From Candidatus Palauibacter polyketidifaciens (GTDB taxonomy: Bacteria; Gemmatimonadota; Gemmatimonadetes; Palauibacterales; Palauibacteraceae), in the NCBI RefSeq assembly GCF_947581785.1, contig NZ_CANPVO010000006.1, positions 37,326 through 101,325 on the forward strand: a DNA stretch of 64,000 nucleotides. The letters are read 5' to 3'. This document shows positions 1 through 9,071 of the stretch, in pieces. Numbering within the stretch: the stretch's first letter is position 1; each line of letters opens with the position of its first letter. The position numbers were made by a program, and so were the translations under genes. Below the pieces are notes generated by a model. The model was not told the DNA's origin and ran no database searches. It saw only the letters and a program-made list of their open reading frames with translations.

Positions 1-1352
1 TTCGTTCCGTTCCGCTGCCCGCTGAGCGCCTGCTTCCCGGCCCAGTCGAACTGCGCCGCGCCCGCATCGATCGCCTCGCGCACGAAGGCGCTCGTCGTCG
101 TGACCCGCTGTGGCCCGAACTCCGAGTCGTGCGTGGGAGCGTTGATCTTCCGAATTTCCACCCGGTCGATGCCAAGTTCGCGCGCCGCCTTGTCGACGAG
201 CGGCTCCAGCATGGCGACGATCTGTGCGCCACCCGGCGCCCGCTGCGCCGCCCGCGGCGGCGTGTTCGTGTAGAGGGTGAGGCCGCGGAAGCGCATTGCG
301 TCGGGCTGGTACATGAGGTCCGTCACGGCGCCCGCGGTGTTGTAGTCGCCCGACCGCCCGTAGGGCCCGTGGTCCTGAATGATGTACAGGTCGATCCCGG
401 TGATCTTCCCATCGCTGCGGAAACCCATCTTCGTCCACGCCTGGAAGCCTGGGCGCGCGCGGCCGATGTAGTTCTCCTCGTAGCGGTTGATCCGCATCAT
501 CACCGGCCGCTGGATCTTTTTCGCCAGAAGCGCCGTGACCTGGTAGATGGGGACGCCGGCGATCTTCGAGCCGAAGCCGCCGCCGCAATACTGGCCCACG
601 AAGACGAGCTCGTCCGGCTCCAGATCGAGCTGTCCCGCGATTGCCTGGTGGGCGCGCTGCGTGCTCTGCGTGGACCCGTAGAGGTAGCAGCGGCCGTCCT
701 CCCAGTAGGCCATGGAGCTTCGCGGCTCCATCGGATGGTGGGTGAGCGACTGGTGCACGATCGTGTCCTCGAGCACGTAGTCCGCGTCGGCGAACGCCGC
801 GTCGAGGTCGCCGTGGTCCCACTCGTCCGTCGGCTCGCCCATCGGCAGCCGGCCTTCGGCCTCGGCCGCGTCGAACTCCGCCTGCGGCCACTTCAGGTCC
901 TCCCACTCACGCCCGCTTTCCCCCAGGCGCATGACGTTGCCCTCGAGCCGCGCGTTCGAGCCGCCGGGCCGCAGGCTGTCGAGCGGATCGATCGCGAAGG
1001 GGAGCGGCTCGAAGTCGATGTCGATCGCCTCGATCGCGTCCGCCGCCGTCGTCTCGTCCACGGCCGCCAGCGCCAGGATGGGCTCGCCCACGTACTTCGG
1101 CTCATCCGTGAGCGCGGCCTCGCCCGGGGCCTCGGGCTGGTTGACTTCGCTTGCCCGCAGGATTCCGAGCACGCCGGGCATCGCGAGCGCGCGGCTCGTG
1201 TCCACGCTGCGCACGCGGGCGTGCGGCATGGGGCTCAGGAGGAGCTTGGCGAAGACCATGCCTTCGGCCCTGAAGTCCTCCGCGTACTTGGCTCGTCCCG
1301 TGACTTTCGCGCGGAGATCCGGGGGCGAAATGTCCTGTCCGATTAGCGCCAT
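1..1352 (-). CDS. xanthine dehydrogenase/aldehyde oxidase family molybdopterin-binding large subunit (3' end runs off window)
   Basis: Absent from the ORF track because it runs off the left edge. My minus-strand translation from ATG at 1352 reads MALIGQDISPPDLRAKVTGRAKYAEDFRAEGMVFAKLLLSPMPHARVRSVDTSRALAMPGVLGIL..., a typical Mo-hydroxylase large-subunit N-terminus. GGAGG lies 6 nt upstream. It starts 13 nt after the stop of the 2Fe-2S subunit gene. Confidence 0.85.
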   Translation of the reverse strand, partial: MALIGQDISPPDLRAKVTGRAKYAEDFRAEGMVFAKLLLSPMPHARVRSVDTSRALAMPGVLGILRASEVNQPEAPGEAALTDEPKYVGEPILALAAVDETTAADAIEAIDIDFEPLPFAIDPLDSLRPGGSNARLEGNVMRLGESGREWEDLKWPQAEFDAAEAEGRLPMGEPTDEWDHGDLDAAFADADYVLEDTIVHQSLTHHPMEPRSSMAYWEDGRCYLYGSTQSTQRAHQAIAGQLDLEPDELVFVGQYCGGGFGSKIAGVPIYQVTALLAKKIQRPVMMRINRYEENYIGRARPGFQAWTKMGFRSDGKITGIDLYIIQDHGPYGRSGDYNTAGAVTDLMYQPDAMRFRGLTLYTNTPPRAAQRAPGGAQIVAMLEPLVDKAARELGIDRVEIRKINAPTHDSEFGPQRVTTTSAFVREAIDAGAAQFDWAGKQALSGQRNGT

Positions 1353-1365
1353 GATCGTCCTCCCC

Positions 1366-1998
1366 TCACACCATGCGCCGCGCGTACTCGGCGGCACGCA
1401 TGGCGGAGTTCAGGATTTTGTTGTAGTCCCCGCAGCGGCAGAGGTTGCCGGAGAGGGCCTCGGCCGCCTCCTCGCGCGTGGGCTCCGGATTCTCGTTCGT
1501 CAGCGCGACCATGCTCATGATGAAGCCGGGGGCGCAGAAGGCGCACTGGAATCCGCCCTCGTCGATCACCGCCTGTTGCACCGGGTGCAGCGTCCCGTCC
1601 GCGCTCTCGAGCCCCTCGATCGACGTCACCGACCGGTCGCGCACCGCGTTCGTCAGCAGCGAGCACGCGTAGTGCGAGACCCCGTCGATGAGCACCGTAC
1701 AGGCGCCGCACTCCGCGCGGTCGCAGCCGAGCTTCGTACCGGTGAGGCCCAGCTTGTAGCGGAGCGTCATGGCCAGCGTCTCCTGCGGCATGACATCCAC
1801 CGAACGCGACGTTCCGTTCACGTCCAGCGAGATCATGCGGGGCATCGACGCCCGCACGGTCGCGCTCGCCGACAGGCTCCGCGCCCGGAAGAGATGGCTG
1901 GAGGAGGAGACCACCGCGCCGGTCGCGATGACCCCCTTGATGAACGTCCTGCGGGAATGACCGGTTGGGGTCTCGGTCGTGATCTCGGCGTCACTCAT
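1366..1998 (-). CDS. (2Fe-2S)-binding small subunit of a Mo-hydroxylase, with twin-arginine (Tat) signal
   Basis: N-terminus has SRRTFIKGVIATGA (Tat motif). It carries CDRAECGACTV and CAFCAPG...CRCGDY, the two [2Fe-2S] cysteine clusters of CoxS/PaoA-type subunits. Confidence 0.9.
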   Translation of the reverse strand: MSDAEITTETPTGHSRRTFIKGVIATGAVVSSSSHLFRARSLSASATVRASMPRMISLDVNGTSRSVDVMPQETLAMTLRYKLGLTGTKLGCDRAECGACTVLIDGVSHYACSLLTNAVRDRSVTSIEGLESADGTLHPVQQAVIDEGGFQCAFCAPGFIMSMVALTNENPEPTREEAAEALSGNLCRCGDYNKILNSAMRAAEYARRMV

Positions 1999-2140
1999 GG
2001 GCGAACCTCAAGCGGGAGACCTTTTTACGCGTTTGCGCCGCGCTCGCCGCGCTTCCACGGGAGACACAACGATCCACGGTGAATCCTTACATCGCCCGCC
2101 CCCGGAAACAAGACTGCGGGCCGCGCTCCCGGCGGGGCTG

Positions 2141-4270
2141 TTACAGGATCCCGAGGAATCGGGGGTCGATGGAAAGGAGGAGGACCCAGTTCCCGCCGCT
2201 GCCGCCGGGCGGTGGCTCGCCGCGCAGACCGCGCACGACGTCGAGGCGAAAGATGTCGTAGACAAGTCCGAGGCCGAGTCCGGCCGAGGCGCGCAGACCC
2301 TCGCTTCCGCTCACGCCGAAGCGGCGGGCGGCGCCCTCCGCCGCACGGCCGAGGCCGACCCAGCCGGCGGCGCCGATGGCGCGCAGCCGCACCCACGGGG
2401 ACGCGATGGCCCGCGATACCTCGCCGCGCCACAGCGCCATGCGGTCCCCGCCCCAGCCGCGAAACTCATAGCCGGGCAGGGAACCGCGTCCCCCGAGCAG
2501 GAACAGCCGCTGGACCGGCAACTCCCCGCCGGCAAGACCGAACTCCACGCCACTCGCCCAGTCCCACCCGCCGCCCGGACTCCCCCGGGCCCGCAGCGCG
2601 ACCGTGGCGCGCGTATAGCCGAAGTTCCCGATGCCGTTCGCCGCCGCTTCGCCCGCGAGATCCAGCGTCCACCCCACGCCCGATCGGCTTCGGAGTCGCA
2701 CCGTCACACCTGCGTCGAGCCGCGCCAGCTCCCCCTCGTCGACGGGGCGCACGGGGCGAAGCGGCCGGTCTCCGAGCGGCACGGTGCCGACGACCAGCCC
2801 GGCGCTCCGGTGGCGCTCGAGCGAGGCGCCCAGCCGCCAGCGAACGGGACCGCCGTGGCGGGCAATCCCGATCCGTCCGCCGGTCGTGAGGTAGGGATCC
2901 TCGTAGTCCTCTCCGCGGGCGAGGAGGGAGAGCGTCCGCAGCGCCCCCACCCCGGCGGACGGCCCCACGTCGCGGTGAGTCCGTAGCCAGCCGTCGACCG
3001 CCACTTCGACCGGCCCGAGCCGCCTCCCCAGTCCGAGGCTCGCCTGCGGTCGCGCCTCCCCGACCGCAAGGCCGCCCCGGAACGATATCCGCGTGAGATC
3101 GTTCGGCCGCCAGGCGCCTCCCGCCCCGACGAACAGCCCCTCGGAACGCCGCGCGCGGATTCCCCCCGACGCGTTCGGAAGCGCGAGTTGCCAACGTCCG
3201 CCCCCGAGCAGCGCCTGCCGCCGCAGGAGTCCGCGAGCGTCCGCGACGGCCTTCGCCGGATCGCCGTCCGCGTTTCCCTCCTCGATGGGTCCCCCGTAGA
3301 GCGCGTCTTCCCATCCGTCGAAGCGGGCCAGCTCTTCGTCGCGATAGCTGTAGATGATCTGCCCCGGCCCGAGGCTGAAGAGCGCCTCCTCGTCGAAGGT
3401 GTAGTCGAGGACGCGGAAGCGGGTCCGGATCAGCGTCGCGAGGGGAAAGTCGAACCAGGGAAGGGAGCGCGCGATCTCGACTTCCTGCTCGTCGGGCAGC
3501 CAGTAACGACCCTCCTGCAGAGCCGAGCGCAGGTCAACGACGAGCCGCACGACCTGTGGATCCCGATAGGCGGCGGGCGTGAACGTGATCCGCATCCGGG
3601 CGATGGCCCCCGTCTCCCGTTCGACGAAGAGCGATCCGACGACGCCCGCGGCCGTCATCTCCCGCGGGCGGACCTCCAGTTCGAAGACCCGGGCGGTCCG
3701 CTCGCGAAGCCGGATCTCGAGCGAGTCCGCGAGCCGGTACTCATAGAATTCACGCGCGCCCGCCGCCGCGGGATGAAGCACGTCCCGGACCTCGTGACCC
3801 TCTCCGATCCCGATCCGGTCGCCGAAATTGTCGAGGACGAGAAAGAGGTGGTCGATGTGATAGTCGATGGTCGTCGGCAGCCGGCGTTCGTACCGGCGTC
3901 CGATGATCGTCTGCATCGAGCGGTCCGGGCCCTGCCAGCGGACATCGAGCGCGAGCTGGTCCGCCCTGATGACGTGCCGGTCCCCGAGGATGTCGCCGAG
4001 GTAGTAGATGTGTCCCTGCGCGTGGGCCCGAAATCGTTCGAGTGAGCTATCGGCCCACGCGTGCCGTCGCGCTTCGATCGCGCGCTCGATGAGCCCGAGC
4101 GCCGCCTCGGAGTTCCAGCCATCGGAAACCCCGGCCCGCGGAGCCGCAGCGGGCGAGGTGGGAATGGCCTGGGCTCCGGTTCGGGACGCGAAGCAGAGCG
4201 CCGCCAGGGCGACCGCCGTGGCGGCCGCCGCCCGTCGCCCGTCAGCCGAAGAGGTCCTCCTGGCCGTCAT
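2141..4270 (-). CDS. outer-membrane protein with Omp85/bacterial surface antigen (D15)-like C-terminal beta-barrel
   Basis: Signal peptide AAATAVALAALCFASRTGAQA. The C-terminal LGGRGSLPGYEFRGWGGDRMALWRGE...GLGLGLVYDIFRLDVV pattern is typical of Omp85-family barrels. Confidence 0.6.
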   Translation of the reverse strand: MTARRTSSADGRRAAAATAVALAALCFASRTGAQAIPTSPAAAPRAGVSDGWNSEAALGLIERAIEARRHAWADSSLERFRAHAQGHIYYLGDILGDRHVIRADQLALDVRWQGPDRSMQTIIGRRYERRLPTTIDYHIDHLFLVLDNFGDRIGIGEGHEVRDVLHPAAAGAREFYEYRLADSLEIRLRERTARVFELEVRPREMTAAGVVGSLFVERETGAIARMRITFTPAAYRDPQVVRLVVDLRSALQEGRYWLPDEQEVEIARSLPWFDFPLATLIRTRFRVLDYTFDEEALFSLGPGQIIYSYRDEELARFDGWEDALYGGPIEEGNADGDPAKAVADARGLLRRQALLGGGRWQLALPNASGGIRARRSEGLFVGAGGAWRPNDLTRISFRGGLAVGEARPQASLGLGRRLGPVEVAVDGWLRTHRDVGPSAGVGALRTLSLLARGEDYEDPYLTTGGRIGIARHGGPVRWRLGASLERHRSAGLVVGTVPLGDRPLRPVRPVDEGELARLDAGVTVRLRSRSGVGWTLDLAGEAAANGIGNFGYTRATVALRARGSPGGGWDWASGVEFGLAGGELPVQRLFLLGGRGSLPGYEFRGWGGDRMALWRGEVSRAIASPWVRLRAIGAAGWVGLGRAAEGAARRFGVSGSEGLRASAGLGLGLVYDIFRLDVVRGLRGEPPPGGSGGNWVLLLSIDPRFLGIL

Positions 4271-4649
4271 CGTCCGGCTCCATGACCCGCCGGAGTCTGC
4301 CGGCCCAGTACTCGACGTCGAAACCCTCTTCGTTCTTCAGCATCCGCTTGAGCACCGGCGACAGGTCGCGCAGCGCGCCCACGAGGTCCTCGGCGATGGA
4401 GCCGGCCTCCGCGACCCGGGCTTCGTCCGGGAGCGACGCCATGTCCCGGAGGATCGAAGCCTCGGATCGAGACGCCGTGACGGGCTCGGACCTGGTTGCG
4501 ACGAAGACCTCCGTCCGCCGGCCGGGTCCCCGATCCTCCTCGATCGGGAGTAATCCGACGATCTGCTCGGAGCGCCAGTACTTCGCGTACCCGAGGTGGA
4601 CCATCCGGTCGCGTTTGATCTCCACGCCGCCTCCGTTCCGCCTGCTCAT
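4242..4649 (-). CDS. hypothetical small protein with acidic C-terminus
   Basis: Trimmed from ORF 4242..4955 to the internal ATG at 4649 (alternative ATG at 4604). No family recognised. There is only a weak, unconvincing resemblance to RemA/DUF370. It overlaps the start of the Omp85-like gene by 29 nt. Confidence 0.35.
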   Translation of the reverse strand: MSRRNGGGVEIKRDRMVHLGYAKYWRSEQIVGLLPIEEDRGPGRRTEVFVATRSEPVTASRSEASILRDMASLPDEARVAEAGSIAEDLVGALRDLSPVLKRMLKNEEGFDVEYWAGRLRRVMEPDDDGQEDLFG

Positions 4650-4800
4650 GCTCCGGCCCCGCTGCCGGCTCCAAGCTCGCAAGGGCCCCGTCCGCGCCGC
4701 AACACCGCCGCCCCCCGGCAGGCCGTGGCAAAACCCTGCGTCAGCGCGGCCCCGGTTGATTGCCCGTTGACCGCGCGGCGGAGCATGTTCAGCGACGCCC

Positions 4801-6153
4801 ATGGCCAGAATACGCACCATCCGTGATCCCCTGTGGGGGAACGTCCGCGTGGAACAGGACGCGGCCGAGATTCTCGACGCGCCCCAGTTCCAGCGACTGC
4901 GGCGCGTCAAGCAACTCGGCTTCGCCCACCTCGTGTATCCCGGCGGCGTCCACAACCGCTTCCTGCACGCCCTCGGCGTCTACCATCTCGTGTCGCGGGC
5001 CATCTCCTGCCTCGAGCGCGACGGACACCTCGAGGTGCTGGATGCGGAAGACATGGGTGAACTGCCGGTGGTTCGCCTCGGCGCGCTCCTCCACGACGTC
5101 GGGCACTACGCCTTCTCGCACGCGTTGGAGGAGCTCGGTCCGGGAGCGATCCCCGGAGACCACGAGGAGATCGCGGCGCGCTTCATGGCGGCGGACCCCA
5201 TCCGGCGCGTCCTCGAGCGGCGTGGCCCGGATGCCGCGGCGCGCATCGGCGCCCTCATCCGGGGGCAGTCGAGCCACCCGCTGCAGGGGCTGATTTCGGG
5301 ATCGCTGGATCTCGACAAGATCGACTACCTCCGGCGCGACTCCCTCTTCTGCGGCGTGCCGTACGGGGCCGTGGACGTCGACCGCCTCCTCCCCGCGCTG
5401 ACCGTCGCCCGCGAAGGGGCCGGACGTCCGCTCGAACTCGCGGTCAGCGAGAAGGGACTCAGCGCGCTGGAGACGCTCCTATTCTCGAAGTACCAGATGT
5501 TCCGCAACGTCTACTGGCACCATGCCGTGCGCGCCGCGACGCTGACCTTCGTGCGCCTCGTCCAGACGGCGCTCGAGAGCGGTCTGCTCTCGTCGGAGGA
5601 CCTGACGGGCCCGACAGACGAGGAGCTGCTATCGCTCATCGATCAGCGGATTGCGCGGTCGTCGGCGGGCGGGGGGCACGATCCCGACTCGGCGCTCGGC
5701 CGTGCGGCGAAGCTCCTCCGCACGCTCGTGGACCGGCGTCTGCCGAAGCGGCTCGTGGAGTTGACGGGCGACCAGCTACCGAACGCGTTGTCGTCGTGGC
5801 CGTCGCGGCGCGCGGACCTCGTTGCCGCGCTCGAGCGGCGCATGGCCCTCGAGTGGGGTCTCTCAGAGGGAGCGGTGATGCTCGATTATCCGAGCTACCC
5901 CGGCATGCTCGAACTCAACCTGCTCCTCGTGCGGAACGACGGCGAAGTCCGCCGGCTGACCACGCTGGGTGAGCGAGGCCTCATCGACATCCCCCGGCTC
6001 GGACGTTCCCTGCACCACTCGGCGCGCGTGCTGCGCATCTTCTCCTTCGAACCTTCCGCTCCGCGCGATCCGAAGCCGGTGCTGGCGCTGATCGAAGCTT
6101 CTGAGGAGGAGGTGGAGGCACGGCTCCACTCGGGAGCCCCGCTCCTGACCTGA
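4801..6153 (+). CDS. HD-domain phosphohydrolase (dGTPase/SAMHD1-like family)
   Basis: FQRLRRVKQLG...HNRFLHALGVYHL and LLHDVGHYAFSHALEE are the HD motifs of the dNTP triphosphohydrolase-like family. Confidence 0.85.
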   Translation: MARIRTIRDPLWGNVRVEQDAAEILDAPQFQRLRRVKQLGFAHLVYPGGVHNRFLHALGVYHLVSRAISCLERDGHLEVLDAEDMGELPVVRLGALLHDVGHYAFSHALEELGPGAIPGDHEEIAARFMAADPIRRVLERRGPDAAARIGALIRGQSSHPLQGLISGSLDLDKIDYLRRDSLFCGVPYGAVDVDRLLPALTVAREGAGRPLELAVSEKGLSALETLLFSKYQMFRNVYWHHAVRAATLTFVRLVQTALESGLLSSEDLTGPTDEELLSLIDQRIARSSAGGGHDPDSALGRAAKLLRTLVDRRLPKRLVELTGDQLPNALSSWPSRRADLVAALERRMALEWGLSEGAVMLDYPSYPGMLELNLLLVRNDGEVRRLTTLGERGLIDIPRLGRSLHHSARVLRIFSFEPSAPRDPKPVLALIEASEEEVEARLHSGAPLLT

Positions 6154-6249
6154 AGGCCGTACTTGAAGCCCGCCGCGTCGACGCTCGGTCGCGCGCGCCC
6201 CGGCGCTCGCGGTAGGATCAACGACAGACCACCCGCAAAGGTTCATCTC

Positions 6250-7236
6250 ATGCACGGATCGGCGCCGCCGATCGAACCACGGCAAGACAGCGCGCGGCCG
6301 CGACGCATCCACTCGTCGCCGTCCGCGTCGAACGGCGCCGGATCGGCCGGCGCAGCGCCCCTCGTGCGCCTGGATCACCTGGATACACTCTGGTTCCAGG
6401 TGACCGGGACGATCTGCAACCTGCGCTGCGTCCACTGCTTCATCAGCTGCGCCCCGGACAACGACAGCTTCGAGTTTCTCTCCCTCGCCGAGGTCGAGGA
6501 CTGGCTCCGGCGCTCCGAGAAGTGGGGCGTCAAGGAGTACTACTTCACCGGCGGCGAGCCCTTCATGCATCCGGACCTCCCGGCCATGCTGGAACGGACC
6601 CTCGAGCGGGGACCCGCTTCCGTGCTGACGAACGGGACTCTGCTCCCCGCGCGGGCCCTGAAGCCCATCGCCCGGACCGCCCGCGCGGCGAGCTACTCGC
6701 TCGAGATGCGCGTTTCCCTCGACGGGCCGTCCCCCGAGACGAACGACCCCATCCGCGGCGACGGCACCTTCGATCGCGCCATGGACGGCGTCCGGAAGCT
6801 GCTTGAGTCGGGATTCCTGCCGATCATCACCGCCACGCAGGTGTGGGAACCGGAACGGGACGAAGAGGTGCGGCAGGCCTTCGTCGCCCGGCTTCGAGCG
6901 CTCGGATACGAGCACCCGCGGCTCAAGATTCTCCCGTCCCTCCGAATCGGGCGCGAGGCGGACCGCGTGCGCCCCTACACGCATGAGGAGCGTGTGACGG
7001 AGGCGATGATGGAGGGGTACGAGGAGAACCAGTTGCTCTGCGCGTCGAGCCGGGTGGTGACGAACCGCGGCATCTACGCCTGTCCGATCCTCATCGAGAC
7101 GCCGGCGGCCCGCTTGGGTTCGACGCTGGAGGAAGCGTCCCGCCCGGTGCGCCTCGACGAGTCCGCGTGCTACACGTGTTGGCTGCACGGCGCGATCTGC
7201 TCCAACTACGGGGGCATCGGGCAGGATGTCTCCTGA
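6250..7236 (+). CDS. radical SAM protein with Cys-rich (SPASM/twitch-like) C-terminus
   Basis: CNLRCVHC (CX3CX2C) followed by YYFTGGEPF. The C-terminal cysteines are C..C....CYTC....C. The start is uncertain: ATG at 6250, or TTG at 6163 only 9 nt after the HD gene. Confidence 0.8.
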   Translation: MHGSAPPIEPRQDSARPRRIHSSPSASNGAGSAGAAPLVRLDHLDTLWFQVTGTICNLRCVHCFISCAPDNDSFEFLSLAEVEDWLRRSEKWGVKEYYFTGGEPFMHPDLPAMLERTLERGPASVLTNGTLLPARALKPIARTARAASYSLEMRVSLDGPSPETNDPIRGDGTFDRAMDGVRKLLESGFLPIITATQVWEPERDEEVRQAFVARLRALGYEHPRLKILPSLRIGREADRVRPYTHEERVTEAMMEGYEENQLLCASSRVVTNRGIYACPILIETPAARLGSTLEEASRPVRLDESACYTCWLHGAICSNYGGIGQDVS

Positions 7237-8029
7237 ACCGCGCCGGATCGCCGTCTTCGGCGGTGTCTACAGCAACCACCTGGCGCTGGCGGCCGCGATC
7301 GAGGACGCCACGGACCGGGGGGCGGAAGCGCTCTATTGCCTGGGCGACCTCGGAGCGTTCGGCCCCCATCCGGACCGCGTGTTTCCGCTCCTCATCGACC
7401 ACGATGTCCGCGTCCTGCGCGGGAACTACGACGATTCGATCGCGCGTGGCCTCGAGGATTGCCAGTGCGGCTACACCGACCCGCGCGACAACCACTTCGC
7501 GCGGCTCTCATACCGCTACACGTTCCGGAACACGGACGAGCGGTGGCGCCGCTGGATGGACCGTCTCCCCGGCGAGATCCGCCTCGAGATAAACGGCGCG
7601 CGGGTGCTCATGTGCCACGGCAGCCCCCGGCGCATGAATGAATTCCTCTGGGAATCGGCGACCTCGACACAGTTCCTGACCTGGCTCGCCCGCGAGTACG
7701 AAGCGGACATCGTGCTCGCGACCCATACCGGGATTCCGTGGCAGCGCTCGCTGCCCGGCGGCGGGCTCTTCGCGAACGTCGGCGTTCTGGGCCGGCCCGC
7801 GAACGACGGGCGGACGGAGGTGTGGTACGCGCTCCTCGATTTCGGCGCCGCCATGGAGGCGCCGGCGGCCCTGAAGTTCGTGCCCGTAGGCTACGATCAC
7901 GAACGCCTCGCGGGTGAGATGCGCGACGAAGAGCTGCCGGAGGAGTTCGTGGACACGATCCTCACGGGCTGGTGGACGACCTGCCTCGAAGTCCTCCCGG
8001 CCCGCGAACGCGCGCTCGGTCGGTTCTGA
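7226..8029 (+). CDS. metallophosphoesterase (calcineurin-like, YfcE-type)
   Basis: IAVFGGVYSN, CLGDLGAFGP, LRGNYD and MCHGSP are metallophosphoesterase metal-ligand motifs. It overlaps the radical SAM gene by 11 nt. Confidence 0.85.
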   Translation: MSPEPRRIAVFGGVYSNHLALAAAIEDATDRGAEALYCLGDLGAFGPHPDRVFPLLIDHDVRVLRGNYDDSIARGLEDCQCGYTDPRDNHFARLSYRYTFRNTDERWRRWMDRLPGEIRLEINGARVLMCHGSPRRMNEFLWESATSTQFLTWLAREYEADIVLATHTGIPWQRSLPGGGLFANVGVLGRPANDGRTEVWYALLDFGAAMEAPAALKFVPVGYDHERLAGEMRDEELPEEFVDTILTGWWTTCLEVLPARERALGRF

Positions 8030-8204
8030 CGCTCCCACCGAGCCTGGTGTAGCGACACCACACTGGCCGCGCCCCATTTTGCGGGGTGACCGATCCGCGT
8101 TAGCTTCATTGCAGCGTCGGATGGTCCGAGCGCGACGGAGCCGGAATCGACAGATCGGCCCGCCAGCCTGGGCGGGTCGACGTCGGCAAGGAGAGGAAGT
8201 TGCG

Positions 8205-9044
8205 ATGGATCGCGAGGGTTTGTCGCCCAACATCCTCGAACGTTACCTCGAGGAACTGGGTCGTTATCCGCTCCTGAGCCCCACCGAGGAACGTGAGACC
8301 GCCCGCTCCGCTCGTGGCGGCGATGCGTCCGCCCTCGACCGCCTCATCCGCGCGAATCTTCGCTTCGTCATCTCCATCGCCCGAAGATACCGCAACAAGG
8401 GGCTGAGCTTCCTCGACCTAATTCAGGAGGGGAACGTCGGCCTGGTCATCGCCGCCCGGAAGTTCGATCCGGACCACGGGGTGAAGTTCATCAGCTACGC
8501 CGTGTGGTGGATTCGCCAGGCGATTCTGTCCGCGATCGCGAAGCAGGGCAGGCCCGTGCGGGTACCGCTCAATCGGGCGACCGAGTTGGCGCGCATGATC
8601 CGTGCGCGGGGTGAACTGCGTCAGACCCTCGACCGTGAGCCCAGCGATCGCGAGATCGCGGCCGAGACGGGGTTGACGATACCCACGGTCCAGCTGCTGC
8701 GAAGACTGAATGCGCGTGAGGTGCGACTCGACGCGCGGGTCGGGGCCGCCGACGACAGCGACCTGGCGGAGCGGTTCCTCGCGGACGAGACGGATGTCGA
8801 GGAAGTCGTGGAACGGCGGATGCTGAAGCGGCACATCGCCGATGGCCTGCGGCGCTTGCGTCCGCGGGACGCGCGCGTCGTCCGGCTGTACTACGGACTG
8901 CAGGGCGAAGACCCCCATACGCTGGAGCAGATTGGTCGCTTGCTGGGCGTCACGCGCGAACGCGTCCGGCAGCTCCGCGATCGAGCGCTCCGTGAGTTGC
9001 GGGAAGGCCCCGAGGGACAGAGCCTCGCGACCTTCGCGACCTGA
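8205..9044 (+). CDS. RNA polymerase sigma-70 family factor (RpoD/RpoS-like, about 279 aa)
   Basis: Trimmed to ATG 8205, preceded by AAGGAGAGG. It has DLIQEGNVGLVIAARKFD, YAVWWIRQAI (region 2) and TLEQIGRLLGVTRERVRQLRDRAL (region 4.2). Confidence 0.9.
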   Translation: MDREGLSPNILERYLEELGRYPLLSPTEERETARSARGGDASALDRLIRANLRFVISIARRYRNKGLSFLDLIQEGNVGLVIAARKFDPDHGVKFISYAVWWIRQAILSAIAKQGRPVRVPLNRATELARMIRARGELRQTLDREPSDREIAAETGLTIPTVQLLRRLNAREVRLDARVGAADDSDLAERFLADETDVEEVVERRMLKRHIADGLRRLRPRDARVVRLYYGLQGEDPHTLEQIGRLLGVTRERVRQLRDRALRELREGPEGQSLATFAT

Positions 9045-9071
9045 CGTGACGCCCTGCCCGAGGCGGCGCCG

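Noticed and set aside
129-1346. 405-aa plus-strand ORF at the left edge, and overlapping ORF 931..2082
   Set aside because: The opposite strand encodes a recognisable Mo-hydroxylase large subunit that runs off the window and so is missing from the track. The plus-strand products are Arg/Val/Leu-rich shadows.
4650-4955. N-terminal 102 residues of ORF 4242..4955
   Set aside because: This is an Arg/Trp/Ser-rich extension with no signal or domain character. It would leave no promoter space before the divergent HD gene. I trimmed to the internal ATG at 4649. I also dropped the idea that the product is a RemA/DUF370 homologue, because the central conserved block of that family is absent.
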